Source of the DNA: a virus
Taxonomy: Duplodnaviria; Caudoviricetes
Virus record (IMG/VR): IMGVR_UViG_3300036713_000334
Location: 1 to 50,396 of that record
Length of the DNA: 50,396 bases
Direction: 5' to 3' (one strand)
This document shows positions 47,560-50,396 of this stretch, piece by piece (the first letter of the stretch is position 1; every line of letters starts with the position of its first letter). A program made the translations under genes and the position numbers. The notes under the pieces were generated by a model that made no database searches, was not told where the DNA came from, and saw only the letters and a list, made by a program, of their open reading frames with translations.

Positions 47560-47972
47560 GGGGCTATTTTACTCTTTTCACCCAAAATTTCAACGATATG
47601 ATCTGAGAGCTCGTTCATGCTCATCATTTGGCTTGTGTATGTCAGCCGGCTTATTGGCTGCTGCCAGGAAAGACCAGGGAGATATATATGCCCTTCGGGA
47701 CTGAATACCACTACTGCGACGTGTCTTCCCTCTGAGTGCCTATCTTCCAGCCACTGCTGTTGGTGCAAGGTAAGATGTTTTTTATGCTCTGTGAGATCAA
47801 GTCGGACTGGTATCCTGTCTATCTTTTTATTCTCGATCCACAGGTCCTGATAGAGCCCAGAAGCCCACCAGTCAGGCACCCCTCTCACGTATGAGGCATT
47901 GATCTTCCAAGTGTATACTCGGTCTTTCAGCCTCTTACGGAGTGCCTGCCAGTAGTTGGACTCTGTACTCAT
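47556..47972 (-). CDS. VRR-NUC / Holliday junction resolvase-like nuclease
   Basis: E..Y, GVPD, WIENK and LTLHQQQWL, a PD-(D/E)xK pattern. Confidence 0.75.
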   Translation of the reverse strand: MSTESNYWQALRKRLKDRVYTWKINASYVRGVPDWWASGLYQDLWIENKKIDRIPVRLDLTEHKKHLTLHQQQWLEDRHSEGRHVAVVVFSPEGHIYLPGLSWQQPISRLTYTSQMMSMNELSDHIVEILGEKSKIAP

Positions 47973-48658
47973 GCAACCTTAGATTTCTCTGTTTCAAGCG
48001 GCCGGAACAGAAGATCCTGTGCACTGTCTCGCTTGCTCCAGAACAACTGTAAATCGTCATTCGGGGAAACCATCTCAAATCGCAGTAACGGGTAAGTCTG
48101 ATCTGGGTCGAAAGAGATCTTGGTGACTACTTGCACTGGAAGCATATTGTGCTCGGATGCTAACCGCGAGACATACGCATCGAAGTGCTTAAGGCCGCCG
48201 GGCGATACATAGAGTGACATGGGCTCAGCGCCAGCGTCTGCGTCAGGTGGCAGCACGGCCAAACGTCGTTGGTTCTTACAGGCCTTGCCGTTGCCGGAAG
48301 GTGCAGACTTCCACTGGTTCTTGGGGCAATCTTTGCAATCAGTGTGCTGCGGGTCTGCCGCGTCTTCATGTGGCTTAAGCTCGCCGCTCGCTGGGTTCTC
48401 CCGGCCAACTGCAAAGCAATTTGGTTGCTGAGGATTGTTGGCGTTGTACACGCCAGGATAGTTCACCATGAACCAGACAAAATCGAGAATGACAACTTCG
48501 ATTTCTTTGCCTTTTTGTCCATTGGGGAGAGTAAATTCTTTACCTTTTGTTGAGATCTTATTGGAAGGCAGTGCTCCAAGTTGTCCTCGTTGGGCTTGTA
48601 GCTGCTTCTTGATCTCGTCTTCCAAACTCATTGGAAGGGTTTGTTTCTCTTTAGCCAT
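47969..48658 (-). CDS. putative ssDNA-binding/annealing protein with Zn site
   Basis: PNCFA, CKDCPKNQW and GKACKNQRRLAV; position in the replication module. Confidence 0.55.
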   Translation of the reverse strand: MAKEKQTLPMSLEDEIKKQLQAQRGQLGALPSNKISTKGKEFTLPNGQKGKEIEVVILDFVWFMVNYPGVYNANNPQQPNCFAVGRENPASGELKPHEDAADPQHTDCKDCPKNQWKSAPSGNGKACKNQRRLAVLPPDADAGAEPMSLYVSPGGLKHFDAYVSRLASEHNMLPVQVVTKISFDPDQTYPLLRFEMVSPNDDLQLFWSKRDSAQDLLFRPLETEKSKVA

Positions 48659-49041
48659 TACGCTTTCCTTAGATTAATACTACGTTGTATATAAGAGTCT
48701 ACACCTGGTACGGTTTCTCCAGATTCCAGTAACTCGCGATACGCTGCCGCGGCTGGTCGCCGTTGCAACAAATAAAGCGCGTCAGTCTGGATAATGTGTT
48801 CACCGAAAGTATCCCAGTCTATTACCTGTGGCAGGACTGTCTCACCTATACTGATGGTGCCCCTCTTTGATGAGGCCTTGTCCATGCCTTGGTCGTCGAG
48901 GCGCGTTAACGCTTCGAACTCGAGAGATCGCCATTCGTCGTTCAGCTCTTTCTCGCGAGCTTTGATCTTACGCTTCTCTTCTCTAATGTCAACCAACCTA
49001 GCTATCAAATCGGCAGTGGTAAGCGTTTGTTTTTCAGTCAT
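48658..49041 (-). CDS. conserved phage replication-module protein (coiled coil)
   Basis: N-terminal coiled coil; VIDWDTF..LLQRR..VPGV motif; GGAG RBS. Confidence 0.55.
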   Translation of the reverse strand: MTEKQTLTTADLIARLVDIREEKRKIKAREKELNDEWRSLEFEALTRLDDQGMDKASSKRGTISIGETVLPQVIDWDTFGEHIIQTDALYLLQRRPAAAAYRELLESGETVPGVDSYIQRSINLRKA

Positions 49042-49042
49042 A

Positions 49043-50395
49043 TTAATCTCCAAGTAGATCAAGTAGCAGTTGCATAGAGCTTAGTTTGCTATCTAGTCGA
49101 TCGTAAACTTTCTCGTCAACAGTGTTTTCAGCACACACCAATATTGTCTCAGTTTCATTTGTCTGGCCAGCACGATTGATACGGGCGTTAAACTGTATGT
49201 AATGTTCTGAGTTGTATGTTGGTGACGCCCAGATTGTCGTTGTGCCAGCTGTGAGTGTAAGTCCGTGTCCAGCTGATTGTGGGTGGGCAAAGATAACTTT
49301 GATGTTGCCATCTTGAAATCCCTTAACAGCCTCTTGTCGCTTAGTATCGTTTACACTGCCATCTATAGAAGCAAACGTGAACCCGCGCTTCTTTGCGGCT
49401 TTTTCCATTTCTTCACGTTGGTGACGCCACTGAAACGCAACTACGCATTGCTTGCGTGCATCAATCAAATCCATGATTAGCTCGTAACGTCCGCTGTCTA
49501 GCAGTGAGTATGTCCCGTCTTCTTTGTACACAGCACCTGATGCCATTTGCATGAGCTTTTGGTGAACTGTTGATGCCTGCTGGGCAGATAATATAGATCC
49601 GTCATTGAGCATAGTCACTGCCACATCGAGCATGTCCGCGTATTGCTTCGACGCTCGTAAAGGCAAGTTGTAGTACACCTTATATGGAGCTCCAAACAAC
49701 TCTGCTTCAGCGGCACGACATTTAGCAAACTCATGACGTATAGTCATTTCATCGATCATGGCGTATACCGCATGCTCTGAGCCAGGTTTGTCTTTCCACT
49801 GAATATGGTTTGTACTAGGGCCAACCTGAACTGGCTCACACACAGCGCTGCGAAACTTCCAGAACGAAGTACCTAATGACTCACCATCGTCGAGCAGTTT
49901 AACTTGGTGCCAGAACTCAGTGACTGAGTTTGGATTTGGTGTTCCAGTTAAGAGCTGCCTGTGATCAAACTTCTTCGCAAGATTGTAAACTGCTTTAGAG
50001 CGTTTGGCATTTTGATTTTTATATGCGGTCGATTCATCTATGACTATAGTGTCGAAGTCATTCCAATAGGAGTCTGGGATGTTACGTACCTTTTTTGTTT
50101 TTCCATTACTTTGAACTTCGTCATGAGTTCCCATTAACCAAGTTACAGCGTCATGATTAGTAATGTAAATATCGACGTCCATGTCGAACGCTTTCTTACG
50201 GTTTGTTGCGTACGCACAAATGTATCTGGTGCCTGGGAAAAACTTGCTTATGTCGTTGCCCCACGCAGGCTGTAAAATAGACTTAGGAGCGAGTACCAAA
50301 GCTTTACCGCCACCTGCCTTACGCCGTTCAACGAACGCCCCAATGCTTGGACGCGTCTTACCAGTTCCAGGGTCAGATGTGTCAAAAACACTGCT
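49043..50395 (-). CDS. SNF2-family helicase, 5'-truncated by the window edge
   Basis: The frame is open to the edge and contains DPGTGKT (motif I), IDES (II), LTGTP (III), SAGHGLTL (V) and QFNARINRAGQ (VI). Confidence 0.92.
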   Translation of the reverse strand, partial: SSVFDTSDPGTGKTRPSIGAFVERRKAGGGKALVLAPKSILQPAWGNDISKFFPGTRYICAYATNRKKAFDMDVDIYITNHDAVTWLMGTHDEVQSNGKTKKVRNIPDSYWNDFDTIVIDESTAYKNQNAKRSKAVYNLAKKFDHRQLLTGTPNPNSVTEFWHQVKLLDDGESLGTSFWKFRSAVCEPVQVGPSTNHIQWKDKPGSEHAVYAMIDEMTIRHEFAKCRAAEAELFGAPYKVYYNLPLRASKQYADMLDVAVTMLNDGSILSAQQASTVHQKLMQMASGAVYKEDGTYSLLDSGRYELIMDLIDARKQCVVAFQWRHQREEMEKAAKKRGFTFASIDGSVNDTKRQEAVKGFQDGNIKVIFAHPQSAGHGLTLTAGTTTIWASPTYNSEHYIQFNARINRAGQTNETETILVCAENTVDEKVYDRLDSKLSSMQLLLDLLGD

Positions 50396-50396
50396 C

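Noticed and set aside
50299-50396. Apparent missing Walker A or frameshift in the helicase
   Set aside because: Manual translation shows DPGTGKTRPSIGAF in frame up to the window edge; the ORF track simply began at an internal TTG.
1-50396. Stop-codon reassignment, tRNA genes, integrase or repressor
   Set aside because: Genes are intact in the standard code and use all three stop codons; no cloverleaf or lysogeny gene was recognised, so lifestyle cannot be determined from this window.

Overview
This window is most of a tailed dsDNA bacteriophage genome of podovirus type, read in the standard genetic code. Rz/Rz1 spanins and a YadA-like anchor point to a Gram-negative host, and CsrA-like sites suggest a gammaproteobacterium. 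The + strand (1-43655) carries, in order: an HNH nuclease; TerS/TerL; P22-like portal; acidic scaffold; N4-gp56-like major capsid; decoration and adaptor proteins; a tail nozzle apparently split over two domain-decorated genes; a chain of tail-fibre genes; four ejection proteins, one of 2155 aa with an HExxH motif; and a dispersed lysis cassette interleaved with envelope proteins, including a collagen/YadA-anchor protein. It ends with an HslV-like peptidase and a separately promoted module of three large virion-type proteins around a SPOUT-like methyltransferase. The - strand (43690-50396) holds replication and early genes: truncated SNF2 helicase, SSB-like protein, VRR-NUC-like nuclease, Cys-rich protein, DUF932 and DUF3310. 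No integrase, tRNA, CRISPR array or reverse transcriptase was seen. All family calls come from motif recognition by eye, not database searches. The most notable candidates are the SPOUT-containing module, CsrA-type sites in two virion-gene leaders, the split nozzle, the non-canonical collagen autotransporter and three tandem mini-pseudoknots in the capsid leader.
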